DNA from: Octopus sinensis | Lineage: Eukaryota | Reading direction: 5' to 3' | Assembly (NCBI RefSeq): GCF_006345805.1 | Contig: NC_042997.1 | Location: forward strand, 113,336,001 to 113,400,000 | DNA: 64,000 nt | Part shown: positions 37,233 through 51,557 of the stretch, in pieces | Layout of the letters: each line of letters starts with the position of its first letter | Position numbering within the stretch: position 1 is the stretch's first letter | Made by a program: the position numbers and the translations under genes | Notes under the pieces: model-generated | What the model saw: the letters and a program-made list of their open reading frames with translations, nothing else | Databases searched by the model: none | Told to the model about the DNA's origin: nothing

Positions 37233-37654
37233 TTTAAATAGTGACACGAACAGCAGGAAGCAAGAATGGTGACCTTATTGAGTTATGTTGTTTTACATTT
37301 GGAGTTCAAATCCTACTCGAGTTTATTTTATTGCTGATCATACTGCCCATGCAATGTGGTCCCTGAATTTGATAGAAACAGCAGCCAAATTTCCCTTAAG
37401 TCAAATTATTGTTTTAGATGAGGGACACATTAAGACAAAGATAGTCCTTTCTATACAAATATATGCTAGGATGAAACACCCCTTTGTGATAGGTTTGTCT
37501 TATCAAGGCTGATCTACAATTACAGCTGAGTGGTCAAGGAGTTCACTTCATAACCACATGGTTTGGGGTTCAGTCTCATTGTGCAGTACCTTGGACAATT
37601 TTTTTATACAGTTGCCATGGGCCAATCAGTGCCTTATATATATACATGTATATA

Positions 37655-38857
37655 CAGAGTGTGATGGGTAAAGTGTCACCATTTTGTATTTTTGGTTTTG
37701 CACATGTTCATTGCTTGTTTTTGATTTTGTTGTCTACATAGTATAGTAGGGTTAGCTGAGCACAGGCTGAGGAAAACAGCACCATGATGCAATTCACTCT
37801 GCCAGAAATTTGGAAACGACATGTTGTACTGCTTGGCATTTGCACTGGAAGTTCCAATACAAATATTTCAGAGTATTTTGGGTGTCAAACTGAGGACAGT
37901 GCTGAGGACTTGGAAAGAATTGGATGAGTCTAATGGTGATTATGAAAGTATGGCAACTCAGAAAAATCACTCTGATCGTTCTGATAAGAAAAGAAATCCT
38001 GAATTTGTTGGTGAGATCCAGGCGATGATTAACAACAATCCCTCCAAGTCAATCAGGGACATGGGAGTGTCTGAGTTTCTTACAAGGCAGGAAGACATTC
38101 AGTATTCCTCATACAAGATGACAAAGGGCAAATTTTTATCTCAAGCCATCAAGGACAAGAGGAAAGACTACGAAGCTTTTGAACAAACTCAAGCATACCC
38201 TCCAACCAAACATACCATTGACTTGCTGTGTCCCCAAAACATGTACTGAGAGTGATAAAAATCAAACATCCAGTCAACATTATGGTGCTTGGAGTGATCA
38301 CTAGTGATGGCAACGTTATGCCTCCATCTTTCCACATGGCCTCACACTCCACACGGATGTCTCCATCAAGTATCTGGATGAGGTAGTGTCACCCTGGGTC
38401 AAGAGGGTGGCTGCTGGAAGACCCTATATCTGGCAACAGGACTCTGCACCATATCACACAAGCAGGAGAACCCAGTCATGGCTTGTCAGACAATTTCTGC
38501 GACCGCATCACTCCTAACATCTGGCCACCTTACCGTAACCCCTTGATTATTATGTGTGGAGTACAGTAGAGTGAGAGACCAGCAAAATGCCTTGTAACAC
38601 CAAAGATGAACTGAAGACAAGAATTATAGCAGCATTCACCAACTTAAACTAGGAGACTGTCCAGAAGAGTTTCAGGAGATTCTGAAGTCATCCGGAGGCC
38701 ATGGTTGAAGCCAAATGGTGATTTTATTGAATAAATTTATTATTTAGTATTTCAAGATATTTTTATGTAATTTTGGTAAATACATCTGTTAAAATGAGAT
38801 ATCAGTGTTATTTTCATTTTTTCATAATTTAGACGACAGTTTATTCACCACACCCTG
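37655..38857 (+). mobile_element. Decayed Tc1/mariner transposon, maT (DD37D)-like
   Basis: Imperfect 26-bp TIRs cagagtgtgatgggtaaagtgtcacc / cagggtgtggtgaataaactgtcgtc, TA on the left; KHPVNIMVLGVITSDGNVMPP, WQQDSAPYH and IWPP..NPLDYYVW motifs; catalytic spacing not countable because of indels. Confidence 0.88.
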
Positions 38858-38908
38858 AATATATCCACACATACATTCACACATATGTACATACATGCAT
38901 GCATGCAT

Positions 38909-38941
<33 letters not shown>

Positions 38942-39302
38942 ACTGGCACTCCATCAGTTACAACAACAAGTGTTCCAGTTGATCCAATCAACGAAACAAC
39001 CTGCTCCTGAAATTAACATGCAAATGGCTGAGTACTCCACAGACGCATGTAGCCTTAACATAGTTCTCTGGTAGATTCAGCATGACACAGGATGTGATAA
39101 GGCTGGTCCCTTTGAATTACAGGAACAACTTGTTTTAACCATCTGAGTGGACTGGAGCAACGTGAAATAAAATGTCTTACTCAAGGACACAATGTGTGGC
39201 TGGGAATCGAACTCATGATTTTATAATCATAAGCGAAATACCCTGACCACTAAGTCACATATCTTCTTATCATATCAAATTATATATATATGTGTGTGTG
39301 TG

Positions 39303-39635
39303 AAGGCGCATGGCTCAGTGGTTAGAGCGTTGAACTTACAACTGTGAGGTTGTGAGTTTGATTCCCGGACTGAGCTGCGTGTTGTGTTCTTGAGCAAGAC
39401 ACTTTATTTCACATTGCTCCAGTTCACTCAGCTGTAGAAATGAGTTGTGATGTCACTGGTGCCAAGCTGTATCGGTCCCTTTGCCTTTCCCTTGGATAAC
39501 ATCAGTGGCATGGAGAGGGGAAGCTGGTAGGCATGGGCAACTACTGGTCTTCTATAAGCAACCTTGCCCGGACTCGTGCCTCGGAAGGTAACTTTCTAGG
39601 TGCAATTCCATGGTCATTCGTGACTGAAGGGGGTC
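39303..39635 (+). mobile_element. tRNA-derived SINE family C
   Basis: ggcgcatggctcagtggttagag head and gtgttcttgagcaagacacttt core; relatives at 14590-14900, 55010-55335 (+) and 38940-39265 (-). Confidence 0.75.
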
Positions 39636-39665
39636 TCTGGCTCCGGTATATATATATATATATAT

Positions 39666-40279
39666 ATAAAATCAGAATAAGCAACAGGACATCAAGAAGT
39701 GATGCAGTACAACCATTCCAAGCAGCTCCTTCTAATTGAACATTGCAATCATTACACCAATTGAAATGTAGAGCTATCATCTGCTGCACATGATTTAGGG
39801 TTTTCTTAGCCCCCTTTTATAGACAGTTACTCTATACCCAATTTACTACTCCTAATGTCTTGACAATATTTATGACCATACCTAGCCATGAGCTGTCAAC
39901 TCACCCTTGCCCTTCATTCTAAACAGACACAGTCCTCTAGTCTTAGATTTCATAGTTGATAAAAGGACAAATAAATTAGAAATGAACCAAAATCCTTTAC
40001 AAGCTATGACCGCAGTGGGCTTCACACTTTCTTGGAAGTGTAGTCTATTCTTAGCTACAATATTGACAACATGAATTTCTACCATCTTCTTGCTCTGTTA
40101 AAGTATTTGAGAAAAATTATATTAATGTGTCCAACTGGTTAAAATTCTGTTTATTTGTGCAGCTGATGATAGCCCTGCATTTAAATTGATGTAATGAATA
40201 CATTGTTCAATAAAATGGAACTGCTTGAAAAGGGCATACAGCATCACTTCTTGATATCCTGTTGCTTATTTTGATTTTA
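39666..40279. mobile_element. Penelope-like remnant with inverted terminal arms, each carrying a long-stem-II hammerhead-like motif
   Basis: Arms 39666-39790 and 40156-40279; plus arm TGCAG-CTGATGA-...-GAAA-AGGGCATA-CAGCA; left end in (TA)n. Confidence 0.7.
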
Positions 40280-41039
40280 TTCACCTTACTTCGAGCTGTG
40301 CTGATAATACCAGACTGACTTGATGCTTCAACTTAAGTACCTAATTCAACTGAATCTCAATTTTTCATGGTTCAACCTTTATTTCACAGACATTCTATTT
40401 ATAAATGTTCTAAAATCTTCACAGCCTCGGTTTTTTTATCTCATTCTGAAAAAAAATTTTTTTATATACACACATGCTGATATATCACCTATGTTGGACT
40501 CTTCATTCACATAATCACCGAACCTGGAGCTTAACTATGGTCTGTCCATAGCACTTACTCAGCATTACCTGACACCTTTGGGTTTTATTGACACCATTAC
40601 CTCTCATAACCTCTCTCTATATATATACAGACTATAGTTGAGAGTTTGATGTGTTCAGTATAGAAAACCCGTAGTAGAGCTCAAATGAATTTTGAACATA
40701 AACTCCAAATTCTTCATCCTGGAATAGATCCATTGCATCAAGGGTGGCTATAAGAGAAATCCAAGATGAGCTGATATGGAGGTAATTAAGTAGATAAACT
40801 CAATTCGGCTAAACACACACACACACATATTTGCATAGAGCACAAAAAGTACAGAATACTAAGAAGAGAATACATAAGTTCTTAATTCGACAGCTGTTTC
40901 AAGAGCCTCAGATTTATGTAATGTGCAAAAGGTCTTGGGTATAGAACCAGTAAATAGTCACACAGAGATATTGCCTTAAGTCCAGCTCCTTTCATTCCTT
41001 CATGTTTATCTGTATCACTACATCTCTCTTTGTCTAAGC

Positions 41040-41112
<73 letters not shown>

Positions 41113-41889
41113 TATATGATAGGCTTCCATACAGTTTCCCCTCTATAAAACTCATTCACAAGACCTTAGTATGCTTGAGGCAACAGTAAAAGACAGTTAC
41201 CCAATGTGTTACATGGTGAGATTGAACCCAAAACCATCTGGTTATGAAGCAAATGTCTTAACCACACAGTCATGCCTATTCATTCATTCATTCATTTATT
41301 TATGTGTTGTTTGAGAAATACCTCAAAAGTTTTCTTTCTTACAGCCCAGAATATATATATATATATATACACATACAAAATAAATAATGAAGATAAATAA
41401 AAGCTCTAACAGTATTAAACAAACCTTAGTATTGATATCTTGTGAAACATTTCTATTTCCATAATGTAACCTCTTCTTAATGTCTTTGCACAGCATGTGT
41501 GTGTGTGTGTGTGCGTGTGTGATTTTATTTCTGTTGTACAAATCATAAATGCAGTAATGAAGTTATTTTTGTTTTTTTGACATGCTAAAATATTTTCAAT
41601 CCAAGAAGAGTGAAGTCAGAGTAACTTCATAGTTTTGCAGCCAGCTCCTCCTGCATAAACAATACATTCTGTCCATTTACCATTGTTACTGCTATGGCAA
41701 TTATTTACATTTGTCTTCCTTCTTCCTCTCTTTCTCATTCTATACAATGTTGTCTTTGCCGTTTTTGCTCTTTGCTGCTGCTGCTGCAGAGTCAAGTTTC
41801 TGCAGGATGTCTTTCATTATTATTTTCTCATTAAAAGATTCCTATGGCGAGCATAAAAATATTTTCTTTCAGAAGTTTTACTGGGTGGC

Positions 41890-42250
41890 CAGGTTGTATG
41901 GCTAGCTGTGTGGTCCTGTGGCTATTTGTATGACAGCATGGCTAGTTGTATGGCCCTGTGGCTAGTTGTATGGCCATATGGTTAGTTGTATGGCCATGTG
42001 GTTATTTGTATGACATCATGGCTAGTTGTATGGCCCTGTGGCTAGTTTTATGGCCATGTGGTTAGTTGTATGGCCATGTGGTTATTTGTATAACATCATG
42101 GCTAGTCATATGATCCTGTGGCTAGTTTTATATCTGTATGGCTAGTTGTATGACCCTGTGGTTAGTTTTATGGCCGTATGGCTAGTTGTATGTCCATGTG
42201 GCTGGTTGTATGGCTATGTCACTAGTTGTATGGCTATGTGGCTAGTTAAG
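41890..42250. repeat. 20-bp minisatellite, ~17 copies
   Basis: Unit approximately gctagttgtatggccatgtg. Confidence 0.95.
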
Positions 42251-43306
42251 GTTAAGTGGGTGGGTAGCTAGTTGTACAACTATGTCGTTAACAGTTGCAT
42301 AACTGTGTCAATTGACTGCTTAAGTAGATGTACAAGTGATTTAGTTAACTGGGTGGGGGTGGGGTGGTTAATTTTGTGGCTATAATTGTTAACAGGGTAG
42401 GGAATTGTTTCCCTGTGATGATTAAACGGGTAGCAGTAAACTGGTCAGGAAATATTATAGTTGAGATAATCAACCCGGTGTGTAGTTGTATGTCATCATC
42501 ATCATCATCATCATCATCATCGTTTAGCGTCCACTTTCCATGTTGGCATGGGTTGGATGATTTGACTGAGGACTGGTGAACCAGATGGCTGCACCAGGCT
42601 CCAATCTGATCTGGCACAGTTTCTACAGCTGGATGCCCTTCCTAACGGTAACCATTCTGAGAGTGTAGTGGGTGCTTTTACGTGTCAGCGGCACGAGGAC
42701 CAGTCAGGCAATAGTGGCAACGGCCATACCCAAATGGTGTTTTTTATGTGCCACCTGCACAGGAGCCAGTCCAGCAGCACTGGCAACAACCTTGCTCAAA
42801 TATTTTTTTCACGTGCCACTAGCACAAGTTCCAGTAAGGTGAGGCTGGTAATGATCACGCTCGAATGGTGCTTTTTACGTGCCAGTGGCACGGAAGCCAG
42901 TTTGCTGCTCTGTGTGTGAAAATGATATAAAAGTGAAAATTGGTAAAGAGAAATTAGTAATTGACTCTTTCAGTCTCTATGATAATGTTTGAAGAATACG
43001 ATTCTTGAAAACTGGCTCTTGTTATAGAACATGTTCTTACTTGCATTTTTCTGAAGGTTAAACCAAACTGAACAAATGATGAATGTATACTCTTTTACTC
43101 TTTCACTTCTTTCAGTCATTTGACTGCAGCCATGCTGGAGCATCGCATTTAGTCAAGCAAATCGACCCCAGGACTTATTCTTTGTAAGCCTAGTACTTAT
43201 TCTACCAATCTTTTTTGCCAAACCGCTAAGTTACAGGGACGTAAACACATCAGCATCGGTTGTCAAGCGATGTGTGTACACAGACACACAAATGTACACA
43301 CATACA

Positions 43307-43349
<43 letters not shown>

Positions 43350-43453
43350 ATTAACAATTGAGGATAAAATTTTTAAAAGAAATTATCAGTAGTCAGCGTG
43401 AAAAACCTCGTAAGAGAAAAAATCCGTAAATTTTTCCTCTTTGAAAATATTCA

Positions 43454-43702
43454 TTTATATTATATTGAGAGTACTACTATTCGTAGATACCAACACGCTA
43501 AGAGGGACCAATGTGGTCAAAACTACTAAAAATAAACAAAATTTAACCGAATGCAAAACTGCAAAACACATCATTTTTAAAATGATGTGTTTTGAAGTTT
43601 TGCATTCGGTAAAATTTTGTTTATTTTTAGTAGTTTTGACCGCATTGGTCCCTCTTAGCGTGTTGGTATCTACGAATAGTAGTACCCTCAATATAATATA
43701 AA
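43454..43702. repeat. Near-perfect palindrome, 124-bp arms, 1-nt spacer
   Basis: Centre at 43578; about 4 mismatches; part of an insert (43347-43702) inside (TA)n. Confidence 0.95.
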
Positions 43703-43735
<33 letters not shown>

Positions 43736-45510
43736 CAATGGGCTTCTTTCAGTTTTCATCTACCAAATCCACTCATAAGGCTTTGGTCGGCCCAAGGCTA
43801 TAGTAGAAGACACTTGCCCAAGGTGCTACACAGTGGGACTGGACCCGGAACCATGTGGTTCGTAAGCAAGCTACTTACCTCACAACCACTCCTACGCCTG
43901 TATGTATACATCCACACACACACACACACACATACACACATACACACACATGCACACACACACACACACACCTCATCATCATTATTTAATATCTGTCTTC
44001 AATGCTGGCATGGGTTGGATGGTTTGACAGAAATTGGTAAGCAAAGAGGACTAAAACAAGCTCAGCTGTCTGCTTTGGCAGGGTTTCTACAGCTGGATGC
44101 CCTTCCTAATGCCAATACTTCACAGAATCTAAGCAGAACAATTAAAAACTACAAGAATTTTCAAAAGTCCAATATCTAAGATATAGCATTGGCTTTTGCC
44201 AAATTCCAGTGATGAAGCCTCTGTTTATTTCAAAACCATTTCCTTCCTTATAGGATGAACCCTTATAAATTAACCCCATCAGACCTGGACCACCTGTGTC
44301 TAACTTCAGCCTCTCAAACTTGGGCTCTTGAGCAACAAAATAAAATAGTTGCATACACAGCTCAAGAGTAACAATTGCAAGCAAACTAATGGACAGAATC
44401 ACAAAAAAACATTCACGAGAATAACAATAATAGGCCTGTCCTTTAACAGCCATATTTGTTTGCATGAGTTGCTTCTTCCCTTGTCACCTTCACCAGTTTG
44501 ATTGCCAAAATCACTCTACTGGTGTGACTGTAAACTTTGTCCATAGAATAAATATCATCAATAATTTCCTCAATTCCAAGGAGTCTGGGCCTTGCTCATT
44601 TACGAGACAAAATGCTGGGTTCATCACGCATTCGTTTCATCACAAAATCAATGTTTTTTTTATAAACACACTTACCCTTTACCCTTTGACTTGTTTCAGT
44701 CATTCGACTGTGGCCATGCAGGAGCACCGCCTTTAATTGAACAATCAACCCCAGGAATTATTCTTTGTAAATCTAGTACTTATTCTATCAGTCTCTTTTG
44801 CTGAACTGCTAAATTACGGGGATGTAAACACACCAGCATCAGTTGTCAAGCAATGGTGTGCTGGTGGTATGCAAAACTGTGCCAATGGCATGTAAAACTG
44901 CACCGGTGGCACAAAAGAAGCACCCACTATACTCTCGAAGTGGTTGGCGTTAGGAAGGGCATCCAGCTGTAGAAACCTTGCCAGATCAGATTGGATCCTG
45001 GTGCAGCCTCCTGGCTTGCCAGTTCTCAGTCAAACCATCCAACCCATGCCAGCATGGAAAACGGATGTTAAGCAGTGATGATGATGATGATGATATATGA
45101 CAGGCTTCTTTCAGATTCCATCTACCAAATCCACTCACAAGGCTTTGGTCAGCTTGAGGCTATAGTAGAAGACACTTGCCCAAGGTGCCACGCAGTGGGA
45201 CTGAACCCAGAACCATGTGGTTGGTAAGCAAGCTACTTCCCACACAGCCACACCTGCGCCTAATTTTTGTATCTTATCTACTGTTTTCTGCTGTGTGGTT
45301 CGTTACTCCAGCAAGGATGACATTTAAGCTACTCCTAATAAGGCAAGAACATGGCATGACGGGGCTGAAATGAGTCCCACATAAAAGCATAGCTGTCACT
45401 CACAAGGGAGGATGGCTTGATGATAGGGGCCAGGCTTTCATTAATTGTCTTAAGTTTTTATGTTACTGTGGTCAGACATGGGTATGCTCTGGTGTCCTCT
45501 CACCCTAGAC

Positions 45511-46221
45511 CATAGGTTCTCAAAGTGGGACTACCTCCCTCGGTAGGTGTTGAGAGGGTCCAGGTAAGCGCTGGTATCTAAGGGGACAGTGCAGGTGGGG
45601 GCAGCATTAGAGAAAAAGGAGTCATTGGGAGAAGGCAGTGGATTGGGGGACGCTATGAATCTATAATATTATTATAGTATTGTGTGGCTGGGTGGTAAGT
45701 AGCTTGCTTTCCAACCATATGGTTCCAGGTTCAGTTCCACTGCGTGGCACCTTGGGCAAGTGTCTTTTACTATAGCCTCAGGTCGACCAAAGCCTTGTGA
45801 GTGGATTTGGTAGACGGAAAATCAAAGAAGCCCGTCGTGCATATGTATATGTATATATGTATGTATGTATATGTTTGTGTGTCTGTGTTTGTTCACCCAA
45901 CATCGCTTGACAACCGATGCTGATGTGTTTACGTCCCCATCACTTAGCAGTTCAGCAAAAGAGGCCGATAAAATAAGTACTAGGCTTACAAAGAATAAGT
46001 CCTAGAGTCAATTTGCTTCACTAAAGGCGGTGCTCCAGCATGGCAACAGTCAAATGACTGAAACAAGTCAAAGAGTATCATATTAAATATCAAATGACTC
46101 ATGGTATATATAAATTAGTAAAATATAAAATATTCAGTTATACATAAAAATGGGGATAAGGGCACTGGGGGTATTATGTGGCCATGAGGAGGCGGTGGCC
46201 CAAATAGTCTGAGAACCTCTG
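45511..46221. mobile_element. hAT (Charlie-like) MITE with a nested family A SINE
   Basis: TIRs cataggttctcaaa / tctgagaacctctg; 8-bp TSD ccctagac / cccaggac (6 of 8 match). Confidence 0.75.
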
Positions 46222-47859
46222 CCCAGGACTGAATGGAAATTCAGGAGGTGACAGCTGAAGGAAGAGAGAGCTGCATCAGCATTCAGCTGGTATTTGTTAC
46301 AGTTGTGTAGACCAGAGTAAATGTGAAATGAAGAGTCTTGCTCAAGAGCATAATGTGCTGTTCAGTCCAAGAATTGAACACATGATCTTATGATTGTTAT
46401 CTGGGTGTAAGTACTTAACTGTGTGTCTTGAATTAGATGCATAGCCACATATATACACACACGTACACACATGTGTATATACATGCACGTTCATATGTAC
46501 CCACACATACATACATACAAACATACATACATACATACATAAATACATACTTACCTTCATACATACATACATACATACATACATACATGCATATATACAT
46601 ACATACATACATACATACATACACACATACATACATACATACATACATACATACACACCTATACATGCATACATACATACATACATAGCAATAAAGATAA
46701 AAGGGAAAAGGTGAAAGAAAGAAAAGAAGGAAGAAAGAAAGAAAGGAAGGAAGGAAGGAAGAAAGAAAGAAAGAAAGGAGTTTGTGTGAAATAAGGTGTA
46801 GATAATAGTTTAACAAAGCAGAATGAACTGGCGGTTGAAGAAACTATAAATCAAAATGGAGAGAGAGAGAGAGAGAGAGAGGAGAAGGAGAGAGAGAGAG
46901 AGAGGAGAAGGAGAGAGAGAGAGAGGAGAAGGAGAGAGAGGGGAGAGAGGAGAGAGAGAAATAGGGTGAAGGAAATGAGAGAAGAGGGAGAGATAAAAGA
47001 AATAAAGAATATTAAAGAAAGGAGGGGGAAGAGGAGATGATAGAAGGTTAAAAGAAAATGAACTTTAAAGATCCAATAAATAGTTTTTCGTTAGCCAGTT
47101 GTTCGTCTTATTCATTATTCATAAAGATGTGATGTCTCATAGCAACATCTTTTTCATTTTGTTGCTGTCCAGAATCAATGTGAAATCATTTCCATCAGCA
47201 AGCTAACAAAAACATGACTTTGTATCTTTTTTTGGTTTTTTTTTTGTCAGCTATCAAGATTGTGGTTATATTTTAATCAAAAGAAAATGGGAAATTATTG
47301 CAAGATGTTGCGATGTTCATGCATTTTTTGACTTTATATTCCAACATCATCATCATCGTTTAAAGTCTGCTTTCCATGCTGGCATGGGTTGGATGAGGAC
47401 TGGCAAGCCAGGAGGCTGCACCAGGCTCCAATCTGATCTGGCAAGGTTTCTACAGCTGGATGCCCTTCCTAATGCCAACCACTCCGAGAGTGTAGTGGGT
47501 GCTTTTTACATGTCACCAGCACCAAGTCAGGTGGCTCTGGCATCGACCATACTCGAATGGCGCTTTTTATGTGCCGCCGGCACGGATACCAGTCAGGCGG
47601 CACTGGCAGTGGCCATAACTATGATTTTACTTGATGCAACAGGTCTTCTCAAGCATGATTGAAGGGGTATTTTTAAATGAGCCGGTTATGCAACACTGGC
47701 ATTGGCCACAGCTACAATCTCACTTGGCTTGCCAGGTCTTCTCAAGCACAGCATATCTCCAAAGGTCTGGGTCGACTTACCCCCTTCCACAGAAATTCCT
47801 GGCCACGTGCCAAAATTTGAAACCAATATAATTACACTTATAGCTTGGTACTATGGATC

Positions 47860-48315
47860 CCTCTTTAATGGATTTCGGAAGCAACGGACAAAATCACGGC
47901 ATATCAACAACACCTCTTCCCCATCGATGGTAAGTCTGATTTTAAATTAAACATATTGTATATCTGAGCTCCATGTGTCTAACACATGTGGACATGCCTA
48001 CAAAATCAGAAAACAGCGCAGCTCCCATGACTTTCAGAAACATTTTTTCACACTCGAAGTTGCTGAAGCATGGAACAAACTACCTGCATCAGTTGTTAGC
48101 TGCTGAGACATTGCATCCTTTAAAACCTTCATGCTTCCTGAAATTCGCCAATATTACACCCGATATCCTCCCCTGCCTTCATACGCATGCACACATGTAT
48201 ATTATGACTCATACACTGTTCACTTTCCTGACTTTTGTACACAATTCTATGTACTCTATATGCACCTTTGATGAGTTGTGCACCTGAGCACCAGACACAA
48301 TAATTTCATTATTAT
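47860..48315 (+). mobile_element. CR1-type LINE 3' fragment
   Basis: GHAYKIRKQRSSHDFQKHFFTLEVAEAWNKLPASVVS motif and same 3' UTR as 36905-37232. Confidence 0.75.
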
Positions 48316-48844
48316 TTACAGTGCACAGGTATTTCACAATCAGACTGGATTATCCACTTGATTAAAAGTACTGTATTTATTCCTCTGTCTTTCGTAATGT
48401 AATTGTTGATATTAGCCACTCCTAACATAACCTAACCTTAGTGTCAGTACCTACGGACAATCGGCTACATCGGACCAATGTTCCACCCTTTTAGTCCGTA
48501 GTACCGGGATATTAATGTAATTCAAAAGTCACTAATTATATAACATTGCAGCAGTAAATATAAAAGCATGTGGGACTTATAAGGTTACAGTGTTTGGTAA
48601 TGTTTCCTTTTTTATAGGCACAGGAGTGGCTGTGTGGTAAGTAGCTTGCTTACCAACCACATGGTTCCAGGTTCAGTCCCACTGCATGGCATCTTGGGCA
48701 AGTGTCTTCTACTATAGCCTCGGGCCGACCAATGCCTTGTGAGTGGATTTGGTAGACGGAAACTGAAAGAAGCCTGTCGTATGTATGTATATATATATAT
48801 ATATGTGTGTGTGCATGCGTGTTTGTCTGTGTTTGTCCCCCCAA

Positions 48845-48910
<66 letters not shown>

Positions 48911-50059
48911 TTGTGTGTCTATGTTTGTCCCCCCCAACATCTCTTGACAACCGATGCTGGTGTGTTTATGTCTCCCTCACTTAGCGGTTCGGCAAAAGAG
49001 ACCGATAGGATAAGTACTAGGCTTACAAAGAATAAGTCCTGGGGTAGATTTGCTCGACTAAATGCGGTGCTCCAATATGGCCGCAGTCAAATGACTGAAA
49101 CAAGTAAAAGGAGTAAAGAGAGTCCAAATTCTTCTGTTGTAGTCTTTTCTTTCTGTCCCTCTGAGATCAATAGTATTGCTTCTAACATCGGTAAAAGGCC
49201 TGAAATTGGGAAGAATAGCTAATAATAGCGACTGGTGCTTCACTTTACTGATCCCCAAAGGGATAAACACAGAACATAAAGGACCAGAATAAACACTGCC
49301 AGGTATTTTGTCTGACAGTTCTGATTTAAAAGGACAAGGGACAGAAACCAATAAGTTTGGATGATGAAGCCATGAAGGTGTAGCTGTGTGGTTAAGAAGT
49401 TTGCTTCCCAACCACATGGTTTCAGGTTCAGTCTCACTGAAAAATGTCAAAAAATAAAGAATTGGACCCAATGAAACTGGAGGAATTATCAAAATTGCTT
49501 ATTTCATATTATATATCCTTCCTATATCCTAATTTTTCAATTCATGAACTTGCCACAAACAAACACACACACACACATGTGCAGCGATACACACACGCAT
49601 GCAAGCGCACACACAAGCACACACATACACACATATGCGCAGGCATACACACACACATATGCATGCACACATACACAAACACACACATGTATACACACAT
49701 GAACTCACACATATGCCTACGCACACCTGCACACACACGTGTATGCACACACACACACTCACATACAATGAAAACAAAAGACAAGATAAAGAAAGCATTT
49801 CTTATGAAATGAAGCCATGTTTTTTGCCTGTTGCTCATTTATAAAATGATACGCTTTTTGATGCTGAATTCTTGTCACGCAAACATAACTACTTTGGTAT
49901 AAAAATGTACGTGATTATTCTTGAAGTGGTTGGCGCTACATGCTGACAGCACTGACAGTGTCATTGGGAATAGATGAGATTCCTTGTAAATAATTAATTA
50001 ATATGTTAATATGTGTGTGTGTAGCAGCATTTTATGCATATATATGTGTATATATATAT

Positions 50060-50090
<31 letters not shown>

Positions 50091-50391
50091 GTATGTATAT
50101 ATAATATATACATGTATTTATGGCTGTATGTATACACGCACATATATGAACATATTTGTGTATGTATATGTATAGATAATAATACAGTTAAAATGTTTAT
50201 GAGAATCTTTTAAGAACAATATACACATATACATACATGCACGCATACATGGTTACACACATACATATATGCATGTGTGTGTAGAGGCATGTTCATGTAT
50301 GTGTATATACATCATCATCGTTTAACGTCCGCTTTCCATGCTAGCATGGGTTGGCCGATTTCGACTGAGGGCTGACGAACCAAATGGCTGC

Positions 50392-50533
50392 ACCAGACTT
50401 CAATCTTGATTTGGTAGAGTTTCTACAGCTGGATGCTCTTCCTAATGCCAACCACTCTGAGAGTGTAGTGGGTGCATTTACGTGCCACTGGCACGAGGGC
50501 CAGTCAGGCAGTATTGGCAACGGTCATGGGACC

Positions 50534-50567
<34 letters not shown>

Positions 50568-51520
50568 TACACACACATGCACATGCACACATACACACAC
50601 ATACAGAATGAAAGAAAAGTTTTATGAAACAGAGAAGTAGAACTCAATACAAGAGTGTATATATATATATCTCAATATACTTTTTACATCAATGTATATA
50701 CATATGTGTGTATGTGTATATATGAATATATGATATGGACGTACATGTTTATATATGTATATGTGTGTGTGTGTGTATCAATGTATTGTTTTCAAATTTC
50801 TCAATTCTTCGAAGATACAAACTGTAAAAAATCAATTTCTTTTTTTTGCTTGAAAGATTAAAATCTCTAATTTGATGGTTGAAAATAAGCAGGTCTCTCT
50901 GGTGTTGAAGTTATCACAGCAGGCTCAGAACTGAGTTCATGTGAGTGACTCAGTCCAATATTTTTTCTTTTTTTTTTACCTAAGGTATTTTCTGCCGAAA
51001 TATTATGAGCAATTATTGATAGCTAAATTTCTATTTCAGTGACATCATAAAACATAAAAAGACTATTTTTCAAAATATCATCATCATCATCATCATCATC
51101 ATTTAGCGTCCGCTTTCCATGCTAGCATGGGTTGGACGGTTCAACTGGGGTCTGTGAAGCCAGAAGGCTGCATCAGGCCCAGTCTGATCTGGCAGTGTTT
51201 CTACGGCTGGATGCCCTTCCTAACACCAACCACTCCATGAGTGTAGTGGGTGCTTTTTACGTGCCACCCGTACAGGTGCCAGACGGAGCTGGGAAACGGC
51301 CACAAACGGATGGTGCTTTTACGTGCCACCGGCACAGGGGCCAGGCGAGGCTGGCAACAGCCACGAACGGATGGTGAACCAGACTTCAATCTTGATTTGG
51401 TAGAGTTTCTACAGCTGGATGCTCTTCCTAATTCCAGCCACTCTGAGAGTGTAGTGGGTGCATTTACGTGCCACTGGCACGAGGGCCAGTCAGGCAGTAC
51501 TGGCAACGGTCATGGGACCG

Positions 51521-51557
<37 letters not shown>

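Noticed and set aside
39303-39375. tRNA gene
   Set aside because: A and B boxes belong to a SINE head that continues into the SINE body; no convincing cloverleaf
43441-43701. Nearly identical ORFs on both strands
   Set aside because: Direct consequence of the palindrome
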